DNA of 63,699 nucleotides, counting the filler, from Bigelowiella natans CCMP2755 (taxonomy: Eukaryota > Protista > Cercozoa): assembly GCA_000320545.1 (NCBI GenBank). It is 8 parts of 8 records of this genome, joined end to end, with 100 filler letters (N's around TTAATTAATTAA, not from the genome) between each part and the next. Parts side by side here need not be neighbours in the genome. Positions count along the whole stretch, not along the records: positions 1 to 4,323 come from ADNK01002416.1; positions 4,424 to 34,753 come from ADNK01002926.1; 6 more parts are not named here. One strand, 5' to 3'. A program made the translations under genes and the position numbers. Below the pieces are notes generated by a model. That model worked only from the letters and a program-made list of their open reading frames with translations. It was not told the DNA's origin and searched no databases. This document shows, piece by piece, positions 1 through 14,140 of this stretch. The first letter of the stretch is position 1. Each line of letters opens with the position of its first letter.

Positions 1-2635
1 GGGGGGGGGGGGGGGGTTGGACGCATCTTTGCTGCAGACCCTTTGCTTTGTACTATTGCAGGTCGCGTTTGGTTATACAAAAAGCCCCGCATTCACTCTT
101 TTTTTTGCAGATTGTGGTGTGCTACAAAAAGCCCCGCGTTGTAGCGCAGAAGCTCGTGCCTGCCTTCAAGAACGTGGATGAGTAATGGCCATGTGACTGC
201 TGCCTTGTTTATCTATTTTGGGAAGCGGGGTGAAGAGAATAGAGACACACACAGCGAGCGTGGGTGGAGTAATGGGCCTCTGCTTATTTTCGTGCTATTG
301 AACATCGCATTTGACGTTTTCGTATAGTATCATCATCATTATCCTCATCATCATCATCATCATCGTAAGCATCATCACCATTATCATCATCATCGCCGTT
401 GTCCTCACCATCATCATCTCCATCATCATAATCATCACCAGGTTCAAGAGATTCGCCCAAAAAAACGAGGCGAATCTGCGGTTTGTCGCAGACAACGAGC
501 TTTCGAGCGCCTGCAGGTTGGACGTGAAAAATCAGAAAAAAAAAAAAAGAGAAAAAAGAAAAAAAAAGAGGGGGAAAAAGCAACGCGCACGTTGTCAAAA
601 CGCGATTGACTTTAAGGTCTTGTAATCGAGGAAGTTCCATGATTACGAAATGCGCAGAATCTACACGCAGGATTAGCGTGGCATCGTTTGTTTGCCAGAT
701 AGTAGTTGTTAAATTCCTTTCTATGTATCTCGGTCCCAATCCGACGGGGTCTTATTATAATATACCATCCTTCCTTCTCTGACCTGCGTTATGGCACAAT
801 GCAGCTTGCAGAAGATGATTAGGGTGCTTGAGAGCAAGGAACACGAGAAGAACATGAGGGAAGCTTTCAAGCACTTCAACGATATGTACGAGACAAGAAG
901 AAGCGAATAACCACGGACGATTCCTGATGCAGCAGTAAGTTGTCGCGCACCCATTCAATCATTTTCAGCTCCCTTCCTACCTATCCACTCTCCATTTTCT
1001 TCAATAAGCTCCCTCTCGGTCGCATCATCCACAGGGAGGAGGGGGTAGATGCCTCATCTGTATACTTACAGCAAGGCTCAGAGTCTTATATGCAGCCTCT
1101 GGAAGTTGGGAACGCTCGAATCATTGCCCTCCCCCCCAGAAGACCAGCACTCGCTCATTCCAACACGGCCTGCTGCTTCATGCAGGTAAATGAGTTCTTT
1201 ATTACTAATTATGTTACCAAGCATCAGCTTCAAGCCGCCATCAAGTATAGGTTTATGTTGGATTTCGAACGATGTAAAGCTCCGCTGCTGTTTGCCACTT
1301 ATACACGCTGCGCAGCCGAGCTTGTGTGCAATATAATGGCCCCTAGTACACATACCTGCAAGCTTTATCATAAGCGCGCTTTGATCGCATTTTACGTGCT
1401 GTGTGCCTGACGTACAGGATTATATATCTAACGACGCACGCACACACGCCTGCAGAGTCGCTAGCCAGCATATACGCGCATGCTATCTAGCTATGTAATG
1501 CTCGTAACTAGCTTTATAGCTTAATCTTATGAGCTTTGCAATGAATTACTGCATCTGCTGCTGCTACGGCTGCACAACCAGCAAGTTTAAAGGTGCTCGG
1601 CGCTTGATAACAACGACGTATCGCCTTGTTGATTGATTAATTTTACCTCATTGCGGGGCTGCAACAAGCTCTACATGCTGCCCTACCTATAGCAGTGTTG
1701 TTGTAGGTTGAGGACAATGAGCGAGCTCTTCCAGTCTAGTAGTCTTTCTGGATGATTCTGACGAACACGCATGCGCATTCATCCATGCATACGTCAAAAC
1801 AAATCTGGAATGCTAGGAATGCAAGTTTCTAGCAGGTTCAGTGCGTAGAAACCACAGACCCGATTTCTCGTTCATTTTAAGGCATGCTTGCTCCGTCGCC
1901 CTTTTGCGCGCGCAGCGTGGTAGCCGCAACTATTTTTCCACGGCGGCAGCATGCCTATTTCGAGGCATCGATCGGCCGGCGTGCTTCTTAGCCTTTCTGT
2001 GCCGCAAGCCTGGGTTGTTCTTGCCCTTTTTGCCCGCTCCATTCTTCGCCGACTTTGTAGCCAAGTCCTTGGGGTTGTTGGGTCGCATGGCTTTTCCTGG
2101 CCTTCTCTCCTTGCCACCTTTGACGTCCTTGTCCTTAGCCTTCTGCCCTTGCTTCTCCTGGCCTTCACTCGCTAGGTGTATATTGTGCGGCGTATCGGTT
2201 TTGGTGGGCAAGACATTCATGCTGTGTTGTGATGCCTCTCTCTCATCAAACTCAGCACGCAAAGGAGGAAAGGGAGCGGGGGGGGGGGAGTATTCAATAT
2301 GCGCTGCTTTTCGTGCAGAGCGAGATTCTCTTTTTTACCTTCGACTCCCTCATCCTCATCGCTGTCGTATTCATAACTGCGCTTCTTATCGGCCCCATAG
2401 ATCCACCTGCGTTTTTTTATGTTTGATTTATATCTTCCGGGGCGGGGGGGGGGGGGGAGGGAATGGTCAATCGCGCAGCAGCTTCGAGGAGGCGTTTAAT
2501 TAGAAGCTACAAGGCGCACAGAACTCTCACCATTGGTAGAGGAATATGAAGAAGACGATATCGTCTCGAAAGCAAGCGAGGCGGTGTAAGAAGGGCATAT
2601 CGATGACCTGCGTGCACACATATGCGATATTATAC

Positions 2636-2677
<42 letters not shown>

Positions 2678-3262
2678 TGATAGGAATGAGCCAGCTGGAA
2701 TGACAGAGCATGAAGACAACGACGACTACGACTACTATTACTACTACAATGATGATGATGATGATGATGGTGATGATGTGATATTTTTTCCAATTTGAGC
2801 GAGAGAGAAGATAGGATCCGCGAATAGACACACACGTTGGCAGCAGCTAGCTTCCATCTCAACAAAGCTTCAAACGCAAACAAGTGCACGAAGCGAATCA
2901 TTGCGTGGCGTGAGGAAGGAGCTCTACTACCATTGCTACCAGAGAAAAGCTACTACTACACAACTACAAACTGCTACTACAACTACGAGCTACTGCTACT
3001 ACTACTACTACCAACCAGAGAGAAGAGGTCATCGACGAATGTGTTAAATGCCTTGTAAGTTAGCGTCCGCCATGGAAGGTGGGCCACCGATTTCAGCTTC
3101 GTCAGAGGAATCGAGAGCGTGAGGGGGGGAGGGGGGAGGGCCCAGGATTTAGTTGTGATTCTGACGACCCACGCTTTGCACACACACACACACACACACG
3201 CGCGCGCGCGAGTGCGCGCACATTACATATCCACCACGCAAGTATTAAGAATCATACACATA

Positions 3263-3301
<39 letters not shown>

Positions 3302-3321
3302 ATTGAAATTCTGTATATTCT

Positions 3322-3361
<40 letters not shown>

Positions 3362-3780
3362 AATACGCTACGTGTCACACTCAAATACACATTCAAACGC
3401 TAATAAACCGCACCGTCCAATCCATCGAAAGCGAGGGGGGGGGGGGGGCAACAACGACACCTTATAGTTGATGAAAAGCTGCGGAGTCATCAAGATGAAG
3501 CCTACCGCATATACCTTACAACAGCGGGAAAACCCCAAAAAAATTTAGGAAAAACGACGAGATCTTTTCCAAGGAAAAACGGGGGACTTCCCTTGGATGT
3601 GTTGTTGTTAGCGGGTATGTAAAAAAAGAGAGGGCATATCACTGAGGCCCTGCACGTTATGGCGCACGAGAGAAGGCTAATCACAGCGTATGAATATGAA
3701 TTCGTAAGAGATATATTGCTCATGTAGTAATAATAATTACGAATAATGGCAATGGGCCATCATCCTAATATATAGAGATG

Positions 3781-3826
<46 letters not shown>

Positions 3827-4803
3827 CATATACATATCTACGTCTGTTCATGTGGATGCGTGGTACGTGTGTGGGTTAATTTGTGTGTATAATTTGCCAT
3901 CTTATTCGACACAATTATATTAAAATGCACGGCATGTGAGACGACCTCTTGTGCGGCTCGTAAAGAAGAGAATAGATGCAATACGCGACGACGCATGGAA
4001 TCATAACGCCGCCTGAGCCGATGTACAATCCGATCAAACAAAACGAATGATATACACAATCAGCATATGGAATGGAACTAAAAGCTCGCGATTTTTTTAT
4101 TTTTTTTAAAAAAACAGCACACGCGATTAGTATCTACACCACGCTCGCAAGTATGTTTATTATAAAATGCATATGCTCTCCAAATCTGGGCTGCGACTAT
4201 TATCAAGGACCGCTCATCAAGGAACCACAACAATGCCAATGACAAGAATAGCAGCAATAACAGCAATAGCAAGAAGAAGGAAAACGAGGACTCTCCTACT
4301 ACTCCGACCTAAATACTGATGCGNNNNNNNNNNNNNNNNNNNNNNNNNNNNNNNNNNNNNNNNNNNNTTAATTAATTAANNNNNNNNNNNNNNNNNNNNN
4401 NNNNNNNNNNNNNNNNNNNNNNNTTTCTATTTTTGACTCGTAGGCGAAGATTATGATGTAATGCAATCGGACGGTATCGACAATCAATGTTATCCCGAAA
4501 AATTGAAAGATAAACTTCGCTGGTTCTGTTGAAAAAGAAAGTTATTCGAAAATGCACTGCTATATCGAAAGGGACCTGGAATGATCTTCCGAATGTAATC
4601 CCTCGATCACTCGTGTGCGCAAGGTGGTGGTTCAAACACAACTTCAAGCCTTGATTATGAACCCAAAAAAGATACTTACTTTCAAATTCCAACTTTATAG
4701 CGAGAGCATATGAAATTATCGTAGATTAGTTGATAAGCCACACACAGATATTGTCAAAACTTAGTCGCCGGTCAACCGCAACCTCGGCTCCCACTCCAGA
4801 CCT

Positions 4804-4841
<38 letters not shown>

Positions 4842-4850
4842 TAATATGAT

Positions 4851-4881
<31 letters not shown>

Positions 4882-5099
4882 TTGACACACAATATGTAAT
4901 TAGTTGCCGAGTTTGCTTCGACTTCGACCTGTGTGAGACTTGCGCAGGAGATGACAACAAAGCAGGTCATCACAAACAGCAGCACACCTTGTCATTTGGC
5001 AGCGATCACGTTGTGGATCAAAAATGTAGCGTGGAATAAAATATCGAAGTAGAGAACAATACGGCTTCTTCCTTGGCAGATACAATCACATGATACACA

Positions 5100-5136
<37 letters not shown>

Positions 5137-6576
5137 GACAACATACGCATGCACACATGCATACATATATGCATATTTACATGTGCGACGGATGCAATGA
5201 ATATGTTTAAAAAAATCAATCGTCATCCTAATATGTAGCTTTGCAAATCTGCGGCTACATGCAGCGCTTAAGTTACATGACTATGCGTATGTTCTGCGTT
5301 TTGGCGAATGCAAAACAATGGCTTACATCGCACTAGCACATGCCAGTCATGTAGTCATGGCATTCTTTGGCGTCACAGTAGCGCTACAATATACATCCAG
5401 AAATCGATCTAGGCTACTATGGAAAGCAGAGTCCCATGTAGCATGCAAACCCGCACCATTGTGCATCGCACGGCCGTAGCAATTGCAGGACTGTTTACTT
5501 CACATCCAACTACTGGTACGTACATCATCATGCGATTGCAAAACTTGATCGCTCACGAGCGATGCATAGCATGCAGCGCCATTGCAACGTAGCCTGTAGC
5601 AAGTAGCAAGCCGCCTCATAGCCTTTACTTCTTGGCCGTTCGCAGCGTGTAGATGAATGCATCCATCATCATCTAGACGTACGTACGTAGCAAACACATT
5701 GCAGGGGCAGCAGGACTCTGCTTTTATTCTAGGATACTGTGATAGATAGATCATTATCATTACATTGCCAGAATATATACATCCGTAGCAGCAGCAGGCT
5801 AGCTATAGCTATATGCCGCAGATGCGACGCGAAACACAGTAAATGCGCGAAGTCATCAAGAGGATGCCGTTGCCTGCGCCCAGCTCCCAAGGAGAAACGC
5901 CAACAAAGCGACCGTTCCATGCGTCATTAGGCTCTGTGCTGCACGGATCAAATCTTCGCGGCTTTCCCCATCACCACCGCCGCCGCCCCCACCCCCGCAG
6001 TGCGCGAGCCATCTGGTACAGGGAGACCGCGAGTCCTCTTTCTTCGCTGCGGACTTCTTCGCTGCTGACTTTGCAGCAGCAGCTTCTTTGTCCTCCCCGT
6101 GGGTTGACGTTCGGAGCCGCCGTCGCAGCACAGCCCTCTGTTTCTTCGATGAGGAGGCGTATTGGATCTGTACATTTCAGAGGATATTGAGAACCATGAA
6201 GGGGGGGGGGGGGGGGGGGGGTCAGTGGTTAAGTCTAGATTAGATTATTCGCGACTGGCTGTTGATGTACCTCCTCGACGCCCTGGATCATGCACGTATA
6301 CCGAGCCAAAAAGGGTGTCCCCCAATCTGGTTAAAAAATTGGAAAAAAAAGGGGGGGGGGGAGGGGGGAGAGAGCAAAAGGGGTCGTCTGCTGGGAGTCG
6401 GCGACGATGTCATCGTTTTGGGGTGATACGAGGCGAATCATTCGGACGATCCACGGGGGGGGGAGGGGGGGGGGAATGATGTGTTGCGCACTCCCCGCCC
6501 CCGTCGTGGTTTTCGTCAGGCTCAGCGCCGGGTTGGATGCCGCCGTCATCCCCCTCTTATCATCGTGCCCCAGCTA

Positions 6577-8045
6577 CCTGAAAGCGACAATCCCGGGCGA
6601 GTTTGGCGTGTGCTAGTCCGATCGTACTATTCAATTCATCTACGGTGCCTAGGGCCTCAAAGATGGAGGAATCCTTCCCTTGTCGCTGATATCGGTGATG
6701 ACGATGATGATGACGATGATGATGATGATGGTGGTGGTGGTGGTGATGGTGGTGACGACGATGCAATATATGATCTAGTATTGCATCAGACGACACTTCG
6801 CAAAACAAGCGAACTGGGAGCGGCATGTCTCCAAACAGACCACGAGAGATTCTGTTCGAAGATTGCTCATCCGCAACAGAGTTTTTCTTGCTCTCTGTCT
6901 CGTATGTGCGTGGAAGCTCCCTACGGATCTAGCGCAGCTAATGTCGGTTGGCGGCATGAAAACGCTGTTCAAAATACGTGCGCGCGCTCGCGCGTGTGTG
7001 TGTGTGTGTGTGTGTGTGTGCTGCCGTTAGCATATCTGCAAGTATGCGCTTTGGTTGTTGTTACCTCCCCTGTGAAGAGCGACGAGAGGCCTGCGTCTCC
7101 TGTCTTCGTGTATATTAAACCTTTCCTTCTGCGCCTTCGTCCGGGGCGGCGAAGGGGAGTCTCCCTCTTTTCACTCTCCTTCATGTCAGCACGGATCCTC
7201 CGCTTCTTTTGCGAAAGCAGCCCCGAGGAGGAGGAGGAGGAGGAGGAGGAGTGTTTCTTGCCGTCCCCTTTCGAACCCGTCGGACCATACGGACAATGCC
7301 TGCATCTAACAGCAACCACCAGCGAAAAAATTCAGACGAGCGTTAACAACAGGGGTGCAGGGGTGCGGGAGATGTCAAACACACACCCCGATCTGCAGCA
7401 ATGCCCGCGGCGCAGGTGCGCTTCTGCGGTGAAGATGAGCGAGTTCGTCCCCGGATCTCGGTACCTGAATAAGGATGAAGAATAGGAATTGAAAACTGAG
7501 CGCAGCAGCAGCATGCGCCGCAAGAACGAAGGGAAAATCATAATTCAGCAGCTGCTCGCAACAGGTGTCCTTACGTGTCCTTTCCTTCGGAGCAGGCTTT
7601 GGCGTGCAGAGCCTCAATGTCTGGGACCGAGATTGCAGGATCGCCTCCACTATCATTCGACGTAGTGGTAGCGGTCGCCTCCGGCGCTGCTACTGCTGGC
7701 TTTTCCGAGGGTACATTCTGGTAAGCGAATGGGCAATGCCGGCACCTGTATTATGACCGCTTCATTCAGCACATGCATGGTTAAAAAACGCCTACTTCGC
7801 GCGTGGGAGACTAGCTAGATTTTTATTACTTGAAGCCGCAGCATGTGCCACGATCGAGGTGAGCCACACGCGTGAATACTGTGAGCTTGGTTGTTGGGTC
7901 TATGTAGGTGTGCTCACCGGCGGCGCATGCCTGTCAACCAACATGCACAACATGTAAGGACATATCAACGAGTCGGCATCGTTTTGTTGGTCGAAATTAC
8001 AGCCTCGTGAAGACTCTTGAAACTGGGGCTGGAACTTGAAGCCAT
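6577..8045 (-). CDS. MMAB: Multi-exon gene: two tandem DUF5522/C1orf53-like Cys-His domains fused to a PduO/MMAB-type cob(I)alamin adenosyltransferase (3' exons below ~6577 not resolved)
   Basis: Manual splicing at GT-AG from ATG 8045 gives MASSSSPSFKSLHEA/ACAAGEHTYIDPTTKLTVFTRVAHLDRGTCCGFK/CRHCPFAY...DIEALHAKACSEGKDT/YRDPGTNSLIFTAEAHLRRGHCCRSG/CRHCPYG...KGLIYTKTGDAGLSSLFTGE/RQGKDSSIFEALGTVDELNSTIGLA. IYTKTGD.G and FEALGTVDELNS are the PduO/MMAB ATP-binding signatures. Confidence 0.85.
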
Positions 8046-8567
8046 TCCTGCTCGATGCAGGGCAGGGGAGGGCCCCGGAAGCGTGTGGTCGAGTGGTGCA
8101 ACAAGTGTCGGGTTACGGATTCAGATCCAACTTGGAAATAATAATACCAGGAAACTCAGTAGAATGGAGCTAAAATTTAAATTTATCATGTCGCACGTAA
8201 AAAATTCCATGATTATTTCGATATCTTTCCTGAAAATTGCTTCGGCCGCTCGGACGGCACGTTTCCACCTTCCGAATTTTCCCGCACTATGGGCGGCGCA
8301 ATGACGGTGGAGTTTTTAGACAAAATTTCACACTGAATATTACTAATATATTGTGATAGTTTTATACCTGGTACCCCGATTTTACAGTCTGTCTCACGCC
8401 GAAAGTGCCCTTTGGTCGAATTCGGATGTTTTTCCGATGATAAAAATTTCGAAATTCAAATTTTTGTATTGTGCTGTGGAGGCCAGATGCAGGCCCACCC
8501 CTCGTGGCGTTCCCTGTAGGACGAAGATTGGATTTGCGTGGGATCATCGACTCTCCGGCTCCTCCAG

Positions 8568-9290
8568 ATGCCGCCTATATCATCCTCAGTGTATAGTGTT
8601 GTAGTCATATCGCTGCTCGCTCTCCAGGCGGTTGGCGCTACGGATGATACTGCCTTCTCTCGAAACACCTTCGTGGAAAGGCTGAAAAGAAGATTCATTC
8701 CTTCGGACAATGAGAACTCCGCCCCGCCACCGTTAGAGCCTAGCAGCAGTGAAAAAAAGCCGCTCACATGGACCCAAGTCGTCGAGGCTTCGACTGAATT
8801 AGGTAGATCTTCGTAGATTCTGACATCCAAACCTGCAGCTGCTCTCTCTTAATTTCTCACTTCCTCTCCCCACCTTCCCCACAATCAAGGCACAGCACCA
8901 GACGCGGCGCAGGTGGGGCGTGCGACTTGGACGCTGCTGCATACGATTGCTGCTCAGTTTCCTGAGCAGCCTTCCCAAGAGCAAAAGGAAGATGCAAAGA
9001 CCTTCATCCAGTCTCTGTCTAGGCTCTACCCTTGCGGCACGTGTGCGTCGGAATTCCAGAAGTCGATACAGAAAGACCCTCCCCGAGTGGAATCGCGGGA
9101 GGATTTCGAGACGTGGCTGTGCAACCTCCATAACAAGGTCAACAAGTTCCTGGGAAAGCCGGTAATGATGGTTGTTTCTGTATGTGAGTGGCGATGCATG
9201 GCTCTCATTGCCCTGGCTACATTTTCTCAGATCTTTGATTGCTCCCTTCTACGAGTGCGGTGGCCTGGCCTATTATGTGATGATAAGAGG
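8568..9290 (+). CDS. Erv1/ALR-family FAD-linked sulfhydryl oxidase with N-terminal hydrophobic signal-like segment (multi-exon)
   Basis: GRATWTLLHTIAAQFPEQPS, YPCGTCASEF (CxxC) and WLCNLHNKVNKFLGKP/IFDC are the Erv1/ALR hallmark motifs. The N-terminus reads MPPISSSVYSVVVISLLALQAVGA. Confidence 0.9.
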
Positions 9291-9339
9291 TAGGTGAACG
9301 CATGTACGGGTCACAGGGGACCGAAGACGGGATACAATC

Positions 9340-9378
<39 letters not shown>

Positions 9379-9424
9379 GAATATGAGAATGAAATGAGAA
9401 CTTGGTATAAATCCACTACAGGCT

Positions 9425-9465
<41 letters not shown>

Positions 9466-10899
9466 ACATCTTTCTTCATAAGATTAAATATTTTCCAGAT
9501 ATTTTACTAATAGTATATTTTTGAAGAGCTGCCGATATGGCACCTTCGGATGTAGTTCTAATCAGCATGCTGATTACATATTTTAGCTCCTCGAAAGAAG
9601 ACGGTAGCCACGAGAGTCCCTGCTCATCTTGGCACGGACGATGAGCACAACATTTTTACTTTCCCTAGCTATGCTTCTCGAGTTTATTGCCGTGGTACCA
9701 TGCACGAGAATACATAGAATCTTTAGCACAGAGCTGAACGATCGCACGCTTTTAAGTCAACAACTGTATGTTTTGTGTGCATCGGATGGTGTATATAAAT
9801 AAAAGATAACGATATGACAGATTGACGCCCTGTTGTCATTTCACGATCGCACGCATGTTCACATGCATGCAGCCCAACATGAGAGCAGGAACGCTCGCAT
9901 GGACTGCTTGCTGGTAGCTGGCGGCTATATATACGGCCGCTAAGATGCTCAATGATGCACTTACACTATACATCAGCAGTCAAGACATTGCGCACAAATG
10001 CTAGAACAGCGTGGTACGGGCAGTGCTCGCAATGAATAGTGAACATATCTATTTCTAGATTTGTCGCTAATGCAATGTATGTTTTGTGTTTCGAAACGCT
10101 ACCAATAAAACAAATAGCCTGCTGTGTGGGTGCAGTCACGTTTATTGCGTGGAGCCATCAACTATGCTTTGCATTATGCGCTTCGTATGGTATAATGCTT
10201 AGCGAGAGCGCAGTGCGTGCCAAGGTAGGCGCCGCAGAATCGCCGCAGCGATCGATAGCCATTTTTACACTGCAGCTCTCGCGTTGCGAGATGAAGTTCA
10301 AATTCTTCAAAAGCCAAACAAAGGGCGACACGGCGACACGGCGCCCAAGCTCTATTTATAGGAGAGAAACTAAGCGCGTCGCAAGCCCCCCCCCCCACCA
10401 GCAACAACTCATCGATCGTTTATGCAGCATCTATGCAGGAATACAACGCTAAATAGCGACCTCAATGCACGTGAAACCTTCAATACGATTGTCCCTCTCT
10501 CTCACACAGCATACAAATCAACGAAGGCTACATAAGCCATTAACATTAGCAGGCGATCGATTAGGACGGAGGTGGGGACTTGGTCGGCCGATTGACGCTT
10601 GTCTTCGAAAGCTCGTAGACTAGCTTTCCTCCCTCTCCTTGGAAATTAAAAAAAAAAAAAAAGAAACAAGAATGAAGAGATGGAGAGATCGGACCGAGAA
10701 TCTCGCGTATTATCTCGGTTCGGAATCGAAAGGTTTCCGCTTGAAACCCCCCGAAATTCCTATGATTGTCGTCGTCACCGTCATCAATATTATCATCATC
10801 ATCATCATCATATCGTGGTCCTCTGTCCTGAATGGTAGATGATAGATGCTAACCGATGCTCAGCGACTTTTCCTTCTTTCTCCTCCTTCGTTTGGCGAC

Positions 10900-11287
10900 T
10901 AGATTTGACGAGGCGCGTCTAGATGAAAGCTGCAAGATGCAGGAAAGGGGATATCAACTTAGTGTGTGTGGTGTTTCTTGTGCGTAGGACGTGCGTGTGT
11001 GTGCGCGCGCGCGTGTGTCTGTGTGAGTGCGTGTGTATCTTAGGGAGAGAGGGGGGGGGAGGGAGAGAGAGAGAGAGAGAGAGAAAGAGAGGAGGATAGA
11101 AGAGGAGAAGGAGAGAAGGAGAGAAGTAGAGAAGGAGAGAAATAGAGAAGGAAAGAAGGAGAGAGGGAGAGAGGGAGGGTGTCCAAGGACCATTGAGATC
11201 CTTCTCGATTGCACCTGCGGAGATTAGAAACGTAGACATCATCACCTTGTGCCCTTCCCATAAACAGTTCCATCACTCCCCTTTCTT

Positions 11288-11321
<34 letters not shown>

Positions 11322-11554
11322 CCATCGTCATCATCAGCCGTCTCTCAAATTTACACACAATAGTGACACGAGGAGACCCCCTTCCCATCCCCACTCTCTC
11401 CAGGCAACTGGCATGCTTCTTCCTACCGCTGGGCGATCTGTGCCCGAGGTCGGCGAAGAAGCCTTCTCATTGCGGAGAAGGGGTAGGTGAAGGTTCGGAG
11501 AGCACGGGGCAAAGAACAAACGCGCACAACAAACACACGCACGCACGCACGCGC

Positions 11555-11602
<48 letters not shown>

Positions 11603-14140
11603 TTCAAACAAAAGATACAATCAATATCATTCGGTGGGGAACGAGGACACCCATCGTGTGCTCGTTGACTCAGGCTGAAACAAATATCTACACAACCGCG
11701 CTTAAACACACGATTTTCATTTTCCAACGCCCCCCCCCCCCCCCTTCCTTTGCTACTTTAGTGATTTATGACTTGCTAGGTATCAACACCACGTTTTTCC
11801 GAGCTTGCCGCAGCATGCATATAACAGCGTTACCGGAGGTCCGTTTTCCTCGTAAAGATACTTCATCACCGCCTCCCTCTCCCCTAGCAGCCTACAAAAA
11901 GGAGGAGAGGGCGAGGACGGAATCATTTCTAAATGGAAAGATGCACATATACGTCTCCGACGAGTATCTCCGTGGATCATCATGCGACCGGATGGTAATA
12001 AACTGCAGGGCTAGGAGGAGGGGGGTTGGACGTGTGTCTTCTTTGAATGGCTTCACACTGCACTGCACCTCTCCAACTCGGAAGCGAGCACCGACTTCAT
12101 TTCCTTTCTCTGAAAACAATATGCAAGTTTGCAGCAACAGAATAAGCGTGAGTTGTTCTGGGTATCCCATTCTCTTCTTCTTCTTCTTCTTCTTCTTTCT
12201 CCATCCCCCTCCTTACTTATCTCCCTTTCTCTTCTCCCCCCGCCCCCCCCCTTTTTTTATCCACACGCAAACTGAAAAGTTGAGCGCCACCTTCGACTCG
12301 GCTGCCGCTCTCGCCTCCTCCGCAGCGCTTAACTATCAGGTAAGAACAAGCAATTCAGAGAGTAGGCGGTATCAAAGAAAGGATGAACCCCACTATTAAG
12401 ATTAACTCGACTGCATATGGGAAAAACCAGAGTTAGTAACAGCAGCAGCGACAGTAGCAGCAGCCAGCCACGATAATGCCGACACCTTTTTTTCCAGCGA
12501 CTCATTGGCCATCCTCAGCTGCGAACAAACACGTAAGTTTATAATGATGAAATCACACGTCGGCTGCTTCACGGAGCAGCGCAGTCTCTTCTATGCTTTT
12601 CTAGCTGCCACACCCCCCCCTCCCCCCCCCCCACCACTATCTCTATCTCACAACTCCCCTCCCAGCAGCAGTACCTTTTTTATCGTCTTCTGCAGCTCCA
12701 AGATCCTGCCATCACTCTCACAGGCGATTCCAGGAGCTGTTCTCGTTGCGGTCGTACCATAGCTGCCCCCCCCCCCGAGGGCACTATTGCCTTCTCGTTC
12801 TCCTCTTTTCCCTTCGCGCGAGTCTTCAGCTTCCACCTGCCCCCCTTCCGCCTTCGAGTTGGCTGCGCTATTTTGAGCCACCTGTCGAATCGAAGAGAAC
12901 CCTTGAGTAAAGGAAAGGAAGGAACATTCCAGCGGCGGGGCACTTTCGCTGCTGCAGAGGCAGCAGCAGCAGCAGCAGCAGCAGCCTGTGCGTGTGTCCG
13001 CGCCACGCATGCGCGCGCAGTATGAATTTGTGCTAATACCAGAATCGCTGTCAGAACCGCAATGAGCACAGCGCTGAGCAAGTATCCCGAGATTATCAGA
13101 ATTCCTGTCGTTAGAAGATCGCACCTGGAGGTAAACACGGACACAGAAGAACGCTGCGTTAGAGCGACGAAGAAGGGAACAGCTTTTCTATCTTCAACTA
13201 GATTTCTTAGGAATCGTGACGGAAGAACTCATGGAGGCTCTACAAGGCTTCACCCCTCTTCTCCTCCCAGCGAAAAATAAAAAATTCTTGCACTAGGGAC
13301 CGGGGATTCCGATCTGGAAGAATTGCTACGCGAACAAAAACGACTTTATCTATTACATCGTGAAGAACGATGTTAAGGATCGTGTAGAATCTTACCCTTC
13401 CACCGCATGTGATTGCGATGTGAATCCATGGGCCGTTTGTGGCACAGGAGCGACCTCCATTTTTGCTTTCGATGAGACTGTCGGCGTCGCTCGCATTGTA
13501 GAGCTTTCCCTTTTATTTATGTTGGTGCTGCTAACATCGTTAGTGGCTTCTCCAGTCCACTGCTCGTGCTAGCAAGTTGAGGAGCACGTTACGGCATGAG
13601 TATAGGAGATCAGAAAGATTATTCCAAAATTTATCATTCATTTCTTTCACGAAGCTCATCTAACGGGTGCTAAATTATCTATGATATCCGTCGTTTGGCT
13701 CGTCTCACAGAGCTATACAAGGGATAGGCAACCATCGGTACCATGCGTGAACATTTTACAGTTTAGCATCATCAACAAAGGAAAACATGCGTTCTTACAA
13801 GGGGAAGGCGAGGAATCGGCCTTGAGTGTGTGTTAACAAGTGATCGGACAGCAGCGTTCATTCCAAGCCCGACGAAGAACAAGCAACTTGTGCACGTAAG
13901 GATCATCATCCTTCCCCATCGCGTATTACCTGGCTTCCTATAGGTTAGAATGATTTTACCGAATGCTACACAGCAATCATAATCTCTCCCATCAAGAAGA
14001 AAGAGAAGAAAGGAAAGACCATGATATTTATTCTGGGGAAGCTTCTCTCCCAAATTCTCTAAGCGCGAGATTATTTTGACCTGTGTTCATCCAGAGCCAC
14101 CTTATGCCCTCGCATTCGCCATAAGCATCCCTGTTCCATC
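10900..14140 (-). CDS. Probable multi-exon gene of unknown function, possibly membrane-anchored
   Basis: Several AG/GT-bounded exon-like blocks, e.g. RKPGNTRWGRMMILTCTSCLFFVGLGMNAAVRSLV..., LQFITIRSHDDPRRYSSET and ELFMGRAQGDDVYVSNLRRC. No family recognised; boundaries approximate. Confidence 0.3.

Noticed and set aside
284-739. Many ORFs made of poly-D/H/I/S, YIYI, CVCV, ERER throughout the window
   Set aside because: Translations of (CAT)n, (TA)n, (TG)n and (GA)n microsatellites in introns or intergenic DNA.
440-2262. Exon-like fragments on both strands at window start (and at 39.2-42.1 kb, 61.5-63.6 kb)
   Set aside because: Probably real exons, but no coherent model or family could be supported.
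4324-4423. N-runs with central TTAATTAATTAA (also ~34754, 39087, 40959, 42660, 45333, 61419)
   Set aside because: Scaffold gap linker with stops in all frames; assembly artefact.
4424-4730. Stop-interrupted frame with TWNDLP, reminiscent of a LINE reverse-transcriptase C-terminus
   Set aside because: The match is too short to support.
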